Below are positions 61,001 to 64,000 of a stretch of 64,000 bases of DNA, piece after piece; position 1 is the stretch's first letter; the number at the start of each line of letters is the position of its first letter. Below the pieces are notes generated by a model, which was not told the DNA's origin, did no database searches, and saw only the letters and a program-made list of their open reading frames with translations. Position numbers and translations under genes: made by a program. Source of the stretch: Anaeramoeba ignava BMAN (lineage: Eukaryota > Protista > Anaeramoebae); the NCBI GenBank assembly GCA_028826165.1, contig JAPDFW010000092.1:558001-622000 (forward strand). Reading direction: 5' to 3'.

Positions 61001-64000
61001 AAAAAAGTGGATCGGAACATTTAATCCTAAAATTAATCAAGTTTTAATTGAAGAATTAAATATTAAGAAAGAAAATGCAAATTATCAAGAACTCATGTCT
61101 CAATTTCAACAAATTAAGGTGAATTATTCATCTCTTTTAAAACAATGCCAACAAAATGGAATGAGAAACACACCATCAAAAATGATGAAAAAGGATGTTA
61201 GTCTTTCAATAATCAAAGAATTTCTCACTGAAAATTATCCACAATTTCTTAAAGAAAATAGTAGAATTTCTGAATATTATATTGATTTAATTGAGGAAAA
61301 AAAGAATAACTTAGTTTCTTTAATCAAAGAATATCAAAAAGAACAATCATTAAAACATATTCGAGTAATTTCTGCAATTTCAGGTGCAATTATTTCTATT
61401 GGAAAACTTCCCAAGAAAAGAAACCCCATTATTCAAAATTTAATTCGTGAAATCAAAACAGAATATAATGTTATTTATCAATTTAAAGTTGCACATTTTC
61501 TCACAGAATTAATCAACCAACTTTGGATTGAAAAAAATGAAACACTTATCAAAAGAATTCTCACAAATATTTGTGAAATGGCATGTGGAAATAGAAAAGT
61601 AACACCATCTTTTATGGCTTGTTTATCCAATCCTTTTGCTCTTCTTCCAGAAGTTCTTGAAGATTCAGTCAAAAATTCAAATTTAAATTCACAAGAAATT
61701 GAATTATCGGAAATTTCTTATCGAGGATCTTGCTTTTTTCTTAAAGAAATCTTCTCAGATTTTCAGTCAAAAATATTCGAAGTTGCTCCTTCATTACAAG
61801 AATTTTTATTTTCACCTCTCAATTCACAAACACAAGAATCACTTTCAAAAATCAATCAATTTTCAAATCAAAAGTCAATCAATTTAGAAAATTCAGAAGA
61901 AATTCAATCAATTATTAATTCTATCAGTGTAATAACATTTCTTATTCAATTCATTGATTTGGATATCCAAAAAGAATTTTCCCAAATTTTGAAATCTTTG
62001 GTTATGTTTCTTTCTTGTAATATCCCATCTATTCGATCATTAGCTTCATATTCCATTTCCATTTTCAGTAATTTCATTCCACAAGAAAAATTAGTACCAA
62101 TTATCCAGGAAATATTGCCATTATTATCATCACAGAATGACATACAAAGACTTGGAGCAGCAGAAACAATCAACAATATTGTTAGTATTCTTGATATCAA
62201 ATTCGTTCCATTCATTTCTTCTCTTGCTGTTCCAATTCTTCGTCGAATGAGTGATCACAATCATGCAATTCGTGAAGTGGTATCAAATAGTTTTGCATTG
62301 TTAGTTAGGTTAATTCCTCTTGTTGCCACTTCTTCTCATCTTGAAAATTCACTGCATATTGGCGAAGAACATAAATTTTTGGAGCAACTTCTTGATTCTT
62401 CCAAAATTGATCATGTTGAAATTCCTTTTAAATTAAATTTAGATTTAAGAAAATATCAACAAGACGGAATTAATTGGCTAATTTTTCTCAATAAATTTGG
62501 ACTTCACGGGATTTTATGTGATGATATGGGATTAGGAAAAGTAAATTAAATTAAATTAAATTTAAATTAAAATTTAAATTTCTAAAATAATCTTTTTTTC
62601 TTTTAGACTTTGCAAGCTCTTTGTGCAATTCTTATTCACCAAAATAATAAATCAAAATTATTGCAAGAAACAAAAAATACAGAATATCAACCTCTTCCTT
62701 CTTTTATTGTTTGCCCATCTACTCTTGTTAGTCACTGGAAATTTGAAATTGAGAAAATATTTCCTCAAAACTTAAATATTCAAATTCTTAAATTTATTGG
62801 GAATCCAAAAGAAAGATCAATTTTACTTAAAAAAATCCCAAATTCAAATATTGTCATTTCTTCTTATGATATTGTTCGCAAAGATATTCACTATCTAAAA
62901 AAGCAATTATTTGATTACTTGATTCTTGATGAAGGACATATAATTCGAAATCCAACAACAAAAATAAGCCAAGCTGTGAAATCAATCAAAGCTCAGCATC
63001 GACTAATTTTATCAGGAACACCAATTCAAAACAATGTGATTGAATTATGGTCGTTGTTTGATTTTTTAATGCCAGGATTTCTTGGAAGTGAAAAATATTT
63101 CAAACAACAATTCGCAAAACCAATTCTCCAACTCAAAGACCCTCGATGTTCAGATAATATTCGAGAAAAAGGAACAATTGCAAAAGAAGCTCTTCATCGC
63201 CAAGTTCTTCCTTTTCTATTAAGAAGAATGAAAGAGGATGTTCTCAAAGATCTTCCTCCTAAAATTATTCAGGATTATTACTGCGAACTTAGTCCTCTTC
63301 AAATGAAAATTTACCAGCAATTCTCTCAAAAATTTGAAAAATCCGAGATTGCACAATTAATAAATAATCGAGAAGAAGAAAATAATCAAGAAAATTTATC
63401 AAATTCAATGGAAATTGAAAACAAAAAAGATGATAAAAATGATGATGGCAATGATAATGATAATGAACCTCAAAAATCTGGAAACAAAAAATCCAAAAAT
63501 AATCAGCATATTTTCCAATTACTTCAATATCTCCGTAGATTATGCAATCATCCCAAACTCGTTCTCGATCCAAAATCAAAACAGCACGCTCAAATCATTC
63601 AAGAACTAAAACAGAAAGGATCATCTATTAATGATATTAAACACTCTCCTAAACTTCTTGCTCTCAAACAACTTTTAATCGAATGTGGAATTGGTTCCGA
63701 TTCTCCAGAAAAATCCAAAAAAAACTTACACAAACAAACTCCCAAATTCGAACCAAAAACAAATGTGAGAATTCAATCAATCGAAGAATTCACACAAATT
63801 GAATCAGAAAGCCTTTCTCAAACTGGAGATTCATACGAAAAAATTTCAACATTTCGAACAGAAAAAATTTCGAAATTTGAACTAACCAAAAACAAAAAAG
63901 AAAATAAAGAAGAAAAAAATGAGACAAAAACAACATCACTTGATGCAGTTCTTTCACGACCTGTTTCAAGCCATCGAGCGTTAATATTTTGCCAATCAAG
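58025..64000 (+). CDS. BTAF1: TBP-associated SNF2 ATPase Mot1/BTAF1 (3' end beyond window)
   Basis: [19 protein letters not shown]; [13 protein letters not shown]; [22 protein letters not shown]; [24 protein letters not shown]|TLQ; DEGH; [26 protein letters not shown]. Apparent frameshift near 59220-59260. Confidence 0.95.

Noticed and set aside
62541-62606. Intein at the helicase P-loop (GLGK|T) of MOT1
   Set aside because: The interruption is a 66-nt GT-AG intron with stops; no Hint or homing-endonuclease motifs seen here or elsewhere in the window.

Overview
Extremely AT-rich, intron-containing eukaryotic DNA read with the standard code. Poly-NQ tracts and expanded BTB-TLDc and RCC1-BTB families suggest an Anaeramoeba-like protist (inference only). 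Conserved genes present once in this window form a scaffold: an RRM protein start, TBCC, an FGD-like RhoGEF-PH-FYVE, NOP56, a TTBK/CK1 kinase, Nup210/gp210, TRM112, importin-alpha and MOT1/BTAF1. Nup210 is flanked by two diverged, inverted copies of a paralogue cassette (~16.8-25.4 kb and ~34.4-47.5 kb). Manual splicing suggests each arm encodes one multi-exon protein ending in the same module: ARM repeats (one per phase-1 exon) plus a non-prenylated Rab1-like GTPase. The N-termini differ: RING-kinase-SH3 on the left, BTB-coiled-coil on the right. The Rab, TLDc and RCC1 domains of paralogues differ at clustered surface positions while introns and frameworks stay nearly identical, which resembles a diversifying repertoire of ubiquitin-ligase sensors or adaptors. 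Hexamer microsatellites mark the rearrangement junctions. Several AT-rich tandem repeats share a 142-148 bp period. Most short ORFs in the track are microsatellite artefacts. All exon structures were read by eye and are unconfirmed.
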